Below are positions 1 through 13,528 of a stretch of 64,000 bases of DNA, piece after piece. The notes beneath the pieces were generated by a model that searched no databases, was not told where the DNA came from, and saw nothing but the letters and a program-made list of their open reading frames with translations. This stretch comes from Octopus sinensis (taxonomy: Eukaryota). The DNA lies in contig NC_042997.1 of NCBI RefSeq assembly GCF_006345805.1, positions 67,642,001 through 67,706,000 of the forward strand, in the 5' to 3' direction. Made by a program: the position numbers and the translations under genes. Each line of letters begins with the position of its first letter. Positions within the stretch are counted from its first letter, which is position 1.

Positions 1-1259
1 TGGTGCAAAAAACATGCCCTTTTTATGAGACTTGTAAAGAGACATTCCAGAGGTTTCTAGAAAGGTGTGTAGCAAAAGGAGTTGTTAATGTAGCAGATGA
101 AGATAGACGTATTGATGACATCAAAGTAAAACAATGAGGAAAGCATCAGATTGTAGTTTAAATAATTTATTTAATCCACACCTGCATTTACGTATTTGAT
201 ACACAAGGTTTGATTCACAATATCAAGGAAGGCTGCTACATGAAGTTACTAACTGCTTTGAAATGGCAAAGTAAGAATGAACAGGAGAAATATTGTGTCA
301 ATGTAATGAGGTAGAACCAGGCATGTTTTGTGTCTGTGTGTGCATTGGTCATTCAGTCGGGTCATGTTTTCTTTCTCTCCTGTCTGTTTGTGTTGTGTGA
401 CTGCTACTGTGCTGTGACGTTCATGCTGAATATGTGGCTCTCTCTTGGCTGCTTGACTGTTGCAAGCTGTCTGCTGTCTCTCAACTGCTTGCCCTTCTGT
501 TGTGTGTCTGACTGTATTTATAATGGTCATCCTAGCTAGAAGAATAGACATACCATAGGAATAATTTCTATGTAGGTCACCTACTGTCTACTTGAACCTT
601 CAATGACACAGCTCAGGTCGGAGGTTGGATGGAAATCCATCTATCACTTTTTAACAGGACAAAGAAATTTCTTTTGTGCCTGTTCAGCCAGTGGTGGATC
701 ATTTGAGTGAGAATCTTTAGATTTGGTTTTGAATCTCAGCTTGGAAAATGGAATGTTAGTTTTTACAGATGCACCATGTGATGTCTTGAGACTGATTGGT
801 TCTTAACTTGGCTGATCACACGAAAAAGCTGTTACTAACTCGTGATTTTAACATGGCAGTTTGTTGATTCGGCTTCGAATCTGCTAGTTACTTGGTGAGC
901 ATCCAGCGCTTTTCTATAGTCTATATATGGATGCTGTCATCCTTTGGATTAAGAAAACTGAGTGAATAGTTTATAACTTTCTCAGTGTAGAAGCTGCCAA
1001 GACTCACACATGAAGCCCATCCATTGAATATCAAGCTTGTTTTAAGAAATTTTAGTATCTCATTTTCGTCGCTTCTAGCTTCTATCTCAATATACATTCA
1101 TCTTTTAAGGACAATTTAATTTCAATATTTTTTTTTACGATATCAATTCGATGTTGATATCGTATATCAATATTGATATATGATATCAGTATCTATATCA
1201 GTTGTGCTGAATATTTATATTTAGTTCCCAGTTACTGTATTGTATAAATAATGGCCAGC

Positions 1260-4162
1260 CAGGGTTGCCAATATAGCATATTTTATGCTAGATCTAGCAT
1301 TTAGCAGAAAATTTTTGAATCTAGCATTTAGCAGGGGAAATAGCAGGTTTAAAATTTTATTTAGCATTTTTCTCTGATCTTGACATTTCCACAATAGTTA
1401 CCCTTTTTTTTTTCTTTTTCCTTCTTTTCTACTTTCGTTAATGTATTTTATAGCCAAATTTTAGTACTATTGGCTATTGATGAATTTTTCTTTCACTTTC
1501 TTGAAACTTCAAATGAAAGTTTATCAAGTTATGAACTTTTCCAGCCCCCATCCCTGCTTGGATACAGAGTGGTGCTGGTGGAGGGAGGAGGGAGTTGAGA
1601 AGATAATTCTTGTCAGCACCTGAACTCACTACACAATAATGTAAATATTTTGCTCAGAACGAAAGCATAGAAATTCGTCCTGTAGCATACGCTTAGTGAA
1701 ATTCTCTCTCTCTCTGTTATATATACATGAATACAGATGTAGTAGATAACAGCTAGCCTTCAGCCGTTCTTTTGCACCCTGTTGTGTCCACTACTCGGAT
1801 TGGTTGGTATTGGCGCAGTTTGTCCCTTGCTCTATTACATGCCAATATACAACTCGACCAATCGCAGCCTTCTGACAAGGTCATGTGAGACAGTCTTTTC
1901 TAAACCTCAGTTTGCGCCAACTGTTCACTATAAAAAGTTAGCTTCAACACTGTCTTTTTTTTTTCGGTTCTAGACCTTTTTAGGTCTAACCACTCACCAC
2001 AGAGCACACAGCCACTTCCAGCGACACACCACAGCAGCCACATGGAGATTCCAGCAGCATTCAGGACCCCATCTCCATTGCCTTCATCTTAATGTCATCA
2101 ACAACATCTCTCTACGTACACAGCAACACTCGCACAGGTTCTATCTCCTCATTGTTTGTGAATTACTTCCCCATGGTTAACTACAAGTACTCCTGTAACA
2201 ACTCAACCGGCTCTGCACAGTAGCCACAGCTTCCCGCACGACATGTGCCTCAATCGGTTCTGCATTGCAGCCACAACTTCTTGTTATAGCACTTCAACTA
2301 TTGTGTACCTTGACTACGAATTGGTATTTATCATCCTTGTGTCTGAACATTCTTCTAATGTCATATTATAGACTCTTTCAATGCTCTGTACTTATCGCAC
2401 ATGCATACATCCTTGTTTGTACACATACACTTTGTATACTTGATGGCCTCTCTGTTATTATGCATATATGATGCACACACAGACATACATGTTAACCTAT
2501 CAATAAAGTCTTCTCTTAACATTCTGCCGGTTGTGTCTCTCTTTCCCTTCTGGCACTTGTACTCCTTCATACTTTTTGTAGTTATTGTAATCTACTGTGT
2601 GGTGTACTAAAGGAGCCATTCATCGTCACCTCTCCTTCACACTGTCGTTCCACAGTCCTAACAATGCTTTATCCTGTAGTGATGAGTTTCTATCATGACA
2701 GGTTGACTGATTTACTTTCAGTTTGACTGTTTTAAACAGGCCTGTGTTTTGAAGCTTGTTTTGGATTATATATCTTGTATAGAAGTACGGGAGTGGCGGG
2801 ATCTCCCCCTTTATATTTCTACTTACTTTTTTTATTCAAGTATTATAGTTATATTTGTGGTTTTACCAATAAATATTAAATGTAAGATTGGAAGCGAAAT
2901 ATGATGTTCCCAGGTTTATATCAGAATACAGTTTTAGGGTTCTGCAGATTTTACTTTTCCATTTATAAGTTGGTCATCCTGCATTCTGAATCAGTATTCT
3001 TTACCTCCAGTATTCTTTACTTCCCATTACATTATAATGAGCAAAGTAAAAACAAAGTTGTACCAGCAAGAATTCCGAGAGGAATGGCTTAAATGCCAGC
3101 GTTTACTAAGATGTAATATGTTGGCAAAATATTCTCTTTTAGTAAGCCACTGTGAAGCAAAGAAACATAAGGCATCAACTCCACAGCAAATGATTCCTCT
3201 TACTAATTTTATTAAAACCAAAAATGATAAGACATCTATGCTTGAAGCAAATTTAGCAATGTTTATTTGTTACCACTCATCATTTAATAGCTGTGATCAC
3301 TTAATAGAGTTATGTAAGAATTATATGTCTGATAATGATATTACATCCAAAGTGAAGTACAACAGGTATAAAATGTGCAAATGTCGTGAGAAATGTCCTA
3401 GCTCCATATTTTGATGGAGATTTGATTTCTGATATAGGAGATAGAAAATTTAGCCTGTTATTAGATGAATCCAATGTTAGGAATTATTATCATATATTAT
3501 AATGATACTTACTAAAAAGTGGTACATACATATCTCAGTATAGTATCTTTAGAAACATGTGGTGCTATGCAACATTTCAAAAAGTGAATTTTCCCTGTCT
3601 TAGAAGCAATGCATTTAAATTAAGAAAAAATTGCTTTAAGTGAAATTCAGTTTAATAGCATTCATTTAGTTAAATGGACAAATACGTCTAATACTAAGGC
3701 ATTCTGGCTGGAAGTCTTGAATATAAAGATCATACAGGAGGAGATCCTTTTAGAGATGTTGCAAATTTTGCCATTAATCTATTGACATTGCCAAAGCCAA
3801 ATGCACAAGTTGAACGGTTGTTCAGTAGTATGGGTGTAATCAAATCAAAATCGAAAAACAAAATGCATCTTCCTATGCTTAGATCAATACTGTCTGTAAA
3901 ATATGGCAAATGTTGCAAAAACTTCGATATTCCAAAACACATAATTAACAAGATTGGGACCCTGAATGTATACAGAAGTTAAGACCTAGGCTGAAAGTGA
4001 TCAAAATCAATGAAATTGAAGAAATTATTTTCCAATCCTGGGTATAATTAAAGAAAGTAAAAAAAATTATGCTTTTTGATATAATTATTCTTTAGCATTT
4101 TTTAGGTATATTTTTTCTACTGAAATTTAACTTAAAATTCTGATTTTAAGTTGGCAACACAG
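1260..4162 (+). mobile_element. hAT DNA transposon relic
   Basis: TIRs CAGGGTTGCCAA / TTGGCAACACAG; degenerate 8-bp flanks tggccagc / cggccggt; transposase fragments 3037-3414 (EANLAMFICYHSSFNSCDHL) and 3782-3982 (hATC-like NAQVERLFSSMGVIKSK). Confidence 0.8.
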
Positions 4163-4221
4163 CGGCCGGTCAAAACTATTCTAAGGCAAAACGTCAATAA
4201 CATCCCATCACTATCGCCTAC

Positions 4222-4413
4222 TGCGCATGCGTACAGGTAAGCAACATTTCGATATTTTCGTCATGTGTATATATAAAGAAAAAATTATTTCTAATTTTAT
4301 AATCGCAAGCACGCACAAACAACCCATTAGCTTTCTTCTCCTCCGCACATTTTAGCAACTGTCACAGAGGTCACGAAGATATCCGAAGTGAATTGTCGAG
4401 TTGTCACGGAAAC
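4222..4413 (+). promoter_or_regulatory. Putative PNKP promoter / 5' UTR exon region
   Basis: Locally CpG-rich; NRF1-like TGCGCATGCG at 4222-4231; consensus donor CAG|gtaagc at 4236/4237; X-box-like GTTGTCACGGAAAC at 4400-4413; about 1 kb upstream of the first coding exon. Confidence 0.5.
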
Positions 4414-5211
4414 AACCGAAGGTTTCGTTTTGGTCTTGTCGAGTCAAATCGAAGGAATGCCGAAGCTTTAATAAAGGAAATTAACTTAAATTTATTAATA
4501 TCAAACCTTATCTAATACAGAATTTTAAAAATATTGTCATTTATATTTCCAACGCACTGAAGCTCAAAATCCACTATAATCCAAATTTAATCCCAAATCC
4601 TGTATAATCCAAAATCTGCTATACATGTGCTGTCACACACACTTGTATATGTGTGTACTGTTTTACAATTATATTATTTTAAAATGAACTATAGAAAATT
4701 AAAAAAAGTTATCCCTTATCATAAGATATAATGCGATTAAAATGAAAAGCAAAGGAATTTCAATTAAAAAAAAATGATTAAGTAAAAGCACAATAAGTAA
4801 AAAGAAGATAACAAACAGTAAACATTGATTGAAAACACGTGGAAATATTATTTTTAAAGAACGAATTTGACGCATTACGTCAAAGTTATGCCCCTTAGAT
4901 GATTCTTGACGTGCAGTTATAAACTGTTCTATAAAAGAAAGTTTGTTTCCTTTTGAATTTCACATGCTCTCTCCCTTTCTTCTGTATGAAGTATCAAAAA
5001 CTTGTTTATTCTAAAAAAGAAGTGAATATATACATTTCAAAGTAATTGGAATTATTTTCTTATTAATATTATTAATTTTCTTCCAATCTGTCTTCTAGTA
5101 CGTAGTGCTGAGGGCACTTTACACCTAATAATTTAGATGAAATTAACTTGCTTCATCATAATTGCAAACTGATATTATAAGTATCATTTATATTTTGAAG
5201 GATTTTATACG

Positions 5212-5347
5212 ATGAAGTTTGACTCCTGTGAACTTGTATGTCTCAGAGGAACTCACCGTCCCATTCCTTTGCCACATAGAGAGACCGTAATAATTGGACG
5301 AACGAAACAAACTCTAATATCCGATCCACGATGTTCTCGAGAGCAAC
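5212..5347 (+). CDS. PNKP: PNKP coding exon 1 (FHA N-half)
   Basis: MKFDSCELVCLRGTHRPIPLPHRETVIIGRTKQTLISDPRCSREQ; FHA GR...CSR motif; donor C|gtaagt, phase 1; upstream acceptor ttttgaag ending at 5200. Confidence 0.92.
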
Positions 5348-6129
5348 GTAAGTAAAACTTATTTAACTTACTGGTGCCTGTCATTTTCCCTTTAAGCCTC
5401 GGTGCACCCGTAACTTCATTTATTGTTTTAGTTCATCGACACTAGTCCTAATCCAAACAAAAAGATAATTAAATGTTTGTTAGTGTTCGATAAAGTAAAA
5501 TAAACGAAGTAAAAGACGATGCACAAGATTCTCACCAATGCGTGTGTTGTGTTAACGAATATTTGCTGAATCAGTGTTATTTTAACCGCGTAACAAATGT
5601 GTTTGCTGAGCTATAAAATGGCTTAACCAGTACTTGTTACCTATACACATCACATGTTTTACCAAAATAGTGACAGTCTCACAATATGTACAAAGCTAAT
5701 TAAGTTCTGAAACCTCTTATTTTATACATCTCTTTCTCCCCCATCCATACATGGTTGTATAGCAAAAATCATTGGGTTTTATATACAATCATTTTAACCT
5801 GTTTGCCATCTCAAACCTTTTTAAGCGAGGCTAATTCCAAAAGTTTGAGATTGCAGGTTACCATTATAGAAGTTAGTGACTTTTCTATTCAGTGCATGAA
5901 TTTTAGCCTTTTTCTTTTTACCTCCGCCAAGGAAGGCGGTTATGTTTTTTAAAAAAAAATGTAACTCCAAAATCGAAATGTGTTTTTCGAAATTTTACCG
6001 GTGAATGTGTTAAATTATAACACCCAAAAAGAAAATGACTCTCTCCAGACACAACAGAACAGATTTTGATTTTACTTTACTTTAATTTTTTTTTATAGTC
6101 ACCAACAAAAGAAATGTTATTTTCATATA

Positions 6130-7794
6130 CAGGGTATAACAGGTAAATTGGGACCATTTAAATATCTTTAATATTATTGGTATAATCAAAAATCAAACAC
6201 TGCAAGTTTTATGTTTATGTCAATTTATTGTGGAGTGTTCAGCACTTATTTCAGTTCAATATGACCGTCATTTGCTTTCGTTATCAGTTCAATCTGTTTA
6301 CAAAATGATATGCATGTCTTGACTATTTCTTTTTTCATTTTACTGAATGCTCGCTTGTTCGAAGACACAGTTGTGAGAAGTTGCGTTGGATATTGCTTCA
6401 GCAGCGCCCCATAGCCAAAACTCACGGATTCAAATCGGGCGAGCTAGAGGGCCAGATATCCTTAGGGTGAAGCGGGCTGGATGAAAGATGTGATATCACG
6501 TCAATATGATGTAGCTCACTACTAAATATAGCGTGTAGATGTAACGCTTAAAGGTTCTTGCGTCCGAGTAACCAGTAAACATCGAAGAATCAGCATCAAG
6601 AAGAAATATTATTTACATATATTTATTCGTTTGCTCGACAGGTAGTTAAAGAGAAACTAGCAATTCTAGTGATAGTAACACGATTGGCTCGCTGGTTAAT
6701 AGTTGATAGTGTAGAAGTTGTTGTCAGTAGAGAGTGAAAGAGTAAAGAATGCATGGTGCTGACTAAAAGGAAGAAAAGATAAAGGTGGCATCGTCTTTCT
6801 TGCGGCCGAAAGGAAAGTGCAGCTCTTGGTCATGGTTGACGCAAAAGAGCGTGTTGCTCGTTGGTCTGGCTGATACAAAAGAGGTAGAGATAGGAAATGT
6901 TCTGTGTTATATAGACTATGGTCAGTAATGTAGGTCAAACCCCAAGCCAAGGACTGACCTTTCCTTGACCAGCATAGGTCCTTAGGTATCAAGTGCTTCC
7001 TCATCAATCATCTGGTGTGGAGAGGATTTCCCTCCCCTCCCGCTCGTTTTGATAAGCAACAAGCAGGTGGATTTGGTTTCAAATCCCAGGCAGAGTTATG
7101 CGAGGTCCCTACAAGGGACGAACATGGGTAATTTCTTTTTCAAAAATTCTTGCACTCTTTCCGAAGAATGGGCTGGTGCAGAGTCTTGATTCAACTTGCA
7201 TCATAATGTTTCCTAATCCAAAGCAACGAAACTTCTAAGATTTTGAGATACTCTGCTATGTTGATTTTAAGAACTGCTTCAATAAAATGAGGAGGCATCA
7301 GTTTCCCTTTACTTGCAGCAGCTCCAAATACCATAATGGAAGCCAGATTCTCCCTATTCATAGCTGACGGAACTTGGGAAGGGTCGATGGTTTGCAACTT
7401 TGTCTATCATGAACTTCTTTTCATCCATGAAGATGTGGCTGTCTCCACCAAAATATTTCAGGTGATTAAGAAGTTTGGGACTTCTTTTAGCTTGAATAGT
7501 TTTGGAGCGAGTAGTTAGGATGTTGCAGTGTCTCCTCACATACAATAAATCTAAAAGCAGTGGATTCGGCATACTTTGTGGTTCTAACAATCTCTCTATC
7601 ACTTTTGTTGGCATGGAATAATTCAACAATTACACTTCTACAGTTGAATGCTTTATTAACATTCATAGTTTGCTCAATCTGAAATACAAAAGAGTACAAG
7701 TGATTATTCAAGCTGGTAATAGTCAAAATTTAGACTCCACCAAATTAGAAATATACCCATTTGGAATTTGTCCCAATTTACCTGTTACACTCTG
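6130..7794 (-). mobile_element. Tc1/mariner-superfamily element (maT/DD37D-like), degenerate
   Basis: 25-bp TIRs with 2 mismatches (CAGGGTATAACAGGTAAATTGGGAC), TA on both flanks; minus-strand fragments ASIMVFGAAASKGKLMPPHF and KDIWPSSSPDLNP. Confidence 0.88.
6468..7113. mobile_element. Solo LTR nested in the Tc1/mariner transposase
   Basis: TG...CA termini; 4-bp TSD AGGG at 6464-6467 and 7114-7117; removing it restores the transposase sequence FVP|KDIWPSSSPDLNP. Confidence 0.85.
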
Positions 7795-7985
7795 TATAAC
7801 ATATAAACATGTATATAAGATTTTGATGGCAAATTCTTAAATTAGCTTAAACATTTATTTACATGAAAGAAAATTACTGGAGAACTTTCTCCTAATTCTT
7901 CCAAATCTTTCTGTTAATCTGTAGTGAAATCATTTGTGGGGAAGAAAGAAACTTAAAAAAACCCTCCCCTCACAAAACCCAACAA

Positions 7986-9930
7986 TGTAACACCAAGCGC
8001 TTCAACTGGTCGCTCACCACAAGGTTCAACAGAACCTACTGCAGCAAGCCAGTATGCTTGCAGCATTACCACGGGCAATGACGAGGCTAAGGCGTTGCAA
8101 GAGCCAAGCACCCAATGGGCATCAATTGACACTTTGGTGAGGTGAGTTACCCATGGCTAGTGGCACAGTTACCTCCCTTGATAGCGGCTGGCTAATAGAA
8201 GGCACACGCAGCATTAAGGTTCAAACACTCACCTCTTCCTCTTTTGGGATCTAAATGTCGTAGAGCAAGAACATAATCTAGTTTGCTCTCTTACAACATG
8301 CAGCGACTAGCAGACAATGCACAGGAGAAGATCATGGCCTACACGCATCAAACCATTTCCATTTGTCATTTAACTTGTATATATATATATATATATATGT
8401 GAAGCTGACATTAAAAGTATTTAAGGTTACAGCTTTGTTTTATGTATTTCTTTGTACCGTGTTCCTAACAAATGGTATTACAGTCTTCTGAGTAGTGTCA
8501 TATTTAGATAGCTCCACAACCATGATACAAACAGGCTATCTAAAATGGTGACCCAAAGCAGCATACACCACAATTCCTTCTAAAATCGTGAACCCCAGAC
8601 GAATTTCTGACCAGTGGATGCGTATTCCTTTTTCTCCTTCTTGACTTCATCTACATGACCAGACTGCCATTCATCGTATAGGAACATACCACCGATCTCA
8701 CTTGTTGCCATATTGTCTTCACCAGAAAATTTTGGTGCCATTTTCAAGCAGGAAACTGCACATCATTTCCCCCTTGTGTTGTAACTGAATTTACAACTTG
8801 ATCCTTTGAAGATACAGCTTCCCAGGGGAATTTTCTTCTTGCATGTAAAAAAAAATTATCTGGAATTTTCTCCAGAATACACATGGACAACAATTTTTCC
8901 TACATGGCAGGTATGAGTTTCTCTCTCACTCAACCCTACCTGGATTATCCATGTGTTGGCCATGTTTTGTTTTCATCCTCTTCTACTGAAAAAAAAAAAT
9001 TCCTAGTTCGATACGCATTGTGTCTTCTTTCAACTAGGATGCTTTGACTGCTATTTCTAATGGCATTTCTTTCAACCAGCTTGGCGTTCCGTTCCTATTA
9101 TCGTCAAGATGAGTCCTTTTCCTTTGCTTCAATGTGTTTCTTCGTCCTCCTCTTGAGCTTATACTTCTGCTCCAGACAACATGCAATCCTCTGAAATCTT
9201 GCGGGCCATTGCAGAACTGACCCGTCAAGTTGCACCATTTGTTTTCACAGAATTATTTTGCATGGAGAACTGGATGTTGTTCTTTCTCATGCGGACATGC
9301 GCCTCTGGCTTCATCAATTTGCTGGTACCATAGGAAATTTAAGGATCAGGCCGAAAAGTGTAAACAGCCATGCTCTTGCTCTTCTCAGGGAAACTAGGCA
9401 GGGAGGTGCTGGGCATGACAGTTGTCTCCCCCATTGATTCACCTTACTGTGCATTTTTCAGCTGAGGTGCTATTTCTTCAAAGTTCTTTATGGTGGACAG
9501 AGGTGCCAGTGTAAGCATTTGGCTCTGGAGATTTACTTCCACCAATTCTGGTCTTTTCGACATCTCTCTCTGTGTGGTAAATCACTCTACTATCAAAACC
9601 TATGGACAAATCTCTCTTACCCTGGATTTATCACGAAGTGGGGATTTCAAGTGGATCTTCATCATTGCAGACCTGCCCTGTCCCATTCTTGGTGCTGATT
9701 TCTTACATCACTATTCTCTCCTTGTGGATGTTAGAGGATGCTGACTCATTGATGACACCACTTCACTTGCTGTCTCCGGAAAGGATTCTTCTCTTCTAGT
9801 TGTGGGCTCTTCTTTCTTCGTGACTCCTACCACCAGTTACTCACTTTGTTTCTAGAGTTGACTGATTTGTCATTTCATCTGTCGAATCCAGCCTATTCCA
9901 CGCAACAAAATCGATTCCAGGTGAGAATGC
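7986..9930 (+). mobile_element. Ty3/gypsy gag-protease relic
   Basis: 9490-9799 encodes an aspartic-protease-like sequence (VDRGASVS...IKTYGQISLTLDL...FKWIFIIADLPCPILGADFLHHYSLLVDV); possible LTR end and PBS (gaca-cttTGGTGA) near 8131; the 5' boundary is uncertain. Confidence 0.65.
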
Positions 9931-10127
9931 GTGGGAACGCGCATTTGTATGCGCAAGTACATCAGTCAAAATCCGTCTTTTGCTGGTGTCTCAAATTTAG
10001 GTTAAATCAGTGTTTCTCAAAGGGGAGTCCTATGGGACGGTCAGACAAGTTGTTTTGAGAAAATTTGGTTTAAATGTTTGACAACTCAGCACCGTCCCTT
10101 GGATGGGGGGCATTTTGCTCGTATATA

Positions 10128-10999
10128 TATTGGAGCTTCCTGCATGAATGCCAAGCAGTACAGCATGTAGTTTCCAAATCTCTGGCAATGTGAATTGTGT
10201 CATGGTGCTGTTTTCTCAAAGACAGTGCCCAACTGACCCTACTACACTGTATAGTTGACAAACTCAAAAATAAACAATGAGCATACACAAAATTAAAGAT
10301 ATAAAATGGCGACAATTTACCCGTCACACCCTGTATATATATATATATATATATTCATGCAGGAAGCTCCAATACGAACAGATGGTGAACACACAGAACA
10401 GCCGTTGGCTTGCTGTCTTCCCAAAACATGTACTGAGAGTGATAAAAATCAAACATCTACTCAACATCATGGTATTTTGAGTGACCACTAGTAATGGTGA
10501 CATAATGCCTCCATTCATCTTTCCTCATGGCCTCAGACTCAACTCGGAAGCCTACATCAAGTGCCTGGAGGAAGTAGTCTGATGCACTATGCCACACAAG
10601 CAGGAGAACCCAGTCATGGCTGTCAATTTCTGTGACCAAATTACCCCTAACATCTGGCCATTTAACTCCCTAGACTGCAACCTCCTTGATTATTATATGT
10701 TGGGTACAGTTGAGCGAGAGACCAACAAAACTCCTAGTAACACCAAAGATGAATTGAAGGCAAGGATTATGACAGCATTCACCAACTTAAACAAGGAGAC
10801 CATCCAGAAGAGTTGCAGGGAATTCCGAAGTCGTCTGGAGGTCATGGTTGAAGCCAATGGTGATTTTATTGAATAATTTTACTCTTCAGTATTTCAAGAT
10901 ATTTTTGTGTAATTTTGGTAAATATATCTGTTAAAATGAGATGTCAGTGTTATTTTCATTTTTGTGTAATTTAGACGGTAGTTTTTTCACTGCACACTG
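10128..10999 (+). mobile_element. Non-autonomous DD37D/Tc1-like element, 5' segment inverted
   Basis: IWPFNSLDCNLLDYYMLG motif in ORF 10589-10876; the 5' TIR segment is inverted at 10128-10333 relative to the paralogue at 28781. Confidence 0.75.
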
Positions 11000-12347
11000 T
11001 ATACACACACACACACACACACACATAAACAGAGGTGGACTGGGTCTAGAAATATTAGTGGCCAGGCGACAAAGGGGGCCCACCCACAACTACAATGCTG
11101 TCATTTAATTTTTATAACAAATGAATAAAATTTTCAAAAATTACATAACTGGAAACAAAAAGGTGAAATTTAAAATATTTATGGTAAAAAGATGTACATC
11201 TTACATTAATTATAGTGTATATGTACTATGCATGTTACTGGCAGTATACAGTATTCCCAAGTTTAAAAAAAAAATGTTATTGAGTTTTAAATATTTTAGT
11301 GCATGTATAGTATACTTCTGTTTTGAAAGTATACTGTTATTTTGCAATTTTTTAAACCAAACTGAAGATAAAGCCCAATAAATGTATAAATCAATTTCAG
11401 TATTTTTAATGCAGACTTTTTACTGTCAAAGAAGTACCTGTGTTTCTTATATAAAATCACATATACATGATTTGTTTGTTTGCTCTTTACTAGAGTGTGT
11501 GTGGAAGATAGATAGATAGATAGATAGTTAGGTAGTATTATCACCATAGTAACTAACAAGTATTGATTAAAAATGTAGGTATTTTAAGTCTGTCAATACA
11601 ACCTAACAACAACAACCTGTCATAGTGAAAGTCTTTTTTTAAAGTCTGTGTTGTGTTGTCTGAATCATGTTTTGTAATGCATGTTAAAAATATGGAGTGG
11701 AAATCTTGATAAAAATGTGGAAATTCCAACTTATATGGCACAGCTATCCTGAAAGTCCACATTTCCCCAGTAATGGGTGGTGGGGCACAATGAGTAATAT
11801 TTACTGCATTTTTGACTTTCAGAAAATATTTTTTGCAAAACCTTACAAAATCTCTATCAGCTAAGCAAATGATCTTCTCTAAATGCATTAAGGACATAAC
11901 ATATCCAGAATACTATTTTTGAAAATTACCTCTGTTCTTTCTCTAATGAAATGACTGTTGTGAGGAATCCAGTTACTTTTATAATGTTCCGATACTTTTC
12001 TGTTGTTTTCTGCATGCAAAAAGGATGAACTTTTACTTAAAATTTCAATGACAGTTCACTCTGATAAATTAAACTGAATGCAATAAAAGCACTCCAAGAA
12101 CAGAAAAATAATCTATATTAATAAAATTGATTTGATGAGACTGACATGTCAGTTTATCAGTACATGTCAGTCTGGCATAGTTAGTTCACCCTCCTCCTCC
12201 TTTGACTAGCCCTACAAAGATTTTAGTGTTCCAATAAACTTTCTTGACAGGTAAACTTTTTACTTGGTCATGTCATGCTAATTTTAATCGTTATATAAAT
12301 CTGTACCTAACACCAATTCTATAGTAGTTGTCCTTTTTATTTTCCAG

Positions 12348-12745
12348 TTGAAATTTGTGCAGATTGGGAAAGTGGAGAAGTTCTAATAAAACAGATAGGC
12401 AGCAATAATTCTGCAGTTGATGACAAAGAATTGAATAAAGGAGAAATCACTCGATTGCCTAATAATGCAACTCTTTATATTCTTAGTGGTGAATATCCTC
12501 ATATTGTTAAAGTTAAGCATCACTACACTAATAAAGTAACAGCTGGATGTTCAGGCAAAAGGCATTCTTCAGATACTGACAATGAGAAATTTTCAGTACC
12601 AGCAAAAAAATCTAAACTTCAAAAAGAAATCCACAGCAGTAAAGACAAAGAAAGTATCCCCGCAAAAGTAAAATCTACAAAATCGAAAGATCTAAAGAAT
12701 AAGCACAGAAGTGATAAAGTAAAAGGTGAAATCCAAGTTAATGAG
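12348..12745 (+). CDS. PNKP: PNKP coding exon 2 (FHA C-half + linker)
   Basis: tttccag|TT GAA; (L)EICADWESGEVLIKQIGSNNSAVDDKELNKGE...LYILSGEYPH resembles vertebrate [20 protein letters not shown]; donor GAG|gtattt, phase 0; the 3' boundary is less certain (alternative GT at 12726). Confidence 0.88.
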
Positions 12746-13528
12746 GTATTTCTATGTTTTAAATCTTATTGAAACATTTTTCCTATTAATTAAATTTTTT
12801 TTGTTGTTTTCTTTTCAGTATCATTTTCTCATGCATTGTTCTTTGATTAATTTTCTAAAATCTTCTCATTTCATTTAGTTGAAAGAGACAAGACATGATA
12901 TTCTTGTCTCTTTCAATTACATGAAGATACAATCAATGTTCATACTAAGGAAATAATCTTTCACATACTCTCTTTTGTTATGAGCAACATTAGAAGTTAA
13001 AACTTTCAAAGATGCTACTAATGAGTATACACTCATTGACGATCTTTCTGGTGAACTCACATTTATAACAAAGCACTGTTTTTCAAAGACTAGTCTTCCT
13101 CTTTAAAGACAGAAAATGTTTTACTTGTGAACTGTTGCTGATGATCTATTTATTAACCTCAAGTGAGGCCCATGTTAGAATACTACTGCTGTACACAAAA
13201 TATGCTTCAATGTAAAGGAGTCAATCGTTTCAAAAAACCAGTACGTAATTTACATAAACATTAAACAAATATCTGTAAAAATTAACCCTTTAGCATTCAG
13301 ATTCATTCACATTATTTTGAATTAATCATGCATTATCTTGAACCTTCAAGATTATGATTTATGTGATTTATTAATTTTTACAATGACATTGTAGAGTAGG
13401 TGTGTGAAGCCAAATCTGGCTAGTTTGAATACAAAACAAGTAGAATATTTGGGCCGGATATGGTTGGTTTAAATACTGAAGGGTTAAATGCTAATTATTT
13501 TATGTATCTACATGAATTTACTTTGAAG

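Noticed and set aside
1700-2880. Insert within the hAT with a possible gypsy integrase C-terminus (SVDRLKQA-like near 2700-2745)
   Set aside because: Too degenerate; no LTR pair or TSD found, so not called as a feature
11553-11897. 114-aa minus-strand ORF with KKDFHYDRL resembling PNKP KKDFSCSDRL
   Set aside because: Short chance similarity on the wrong strand; no splice context or recognisable domain
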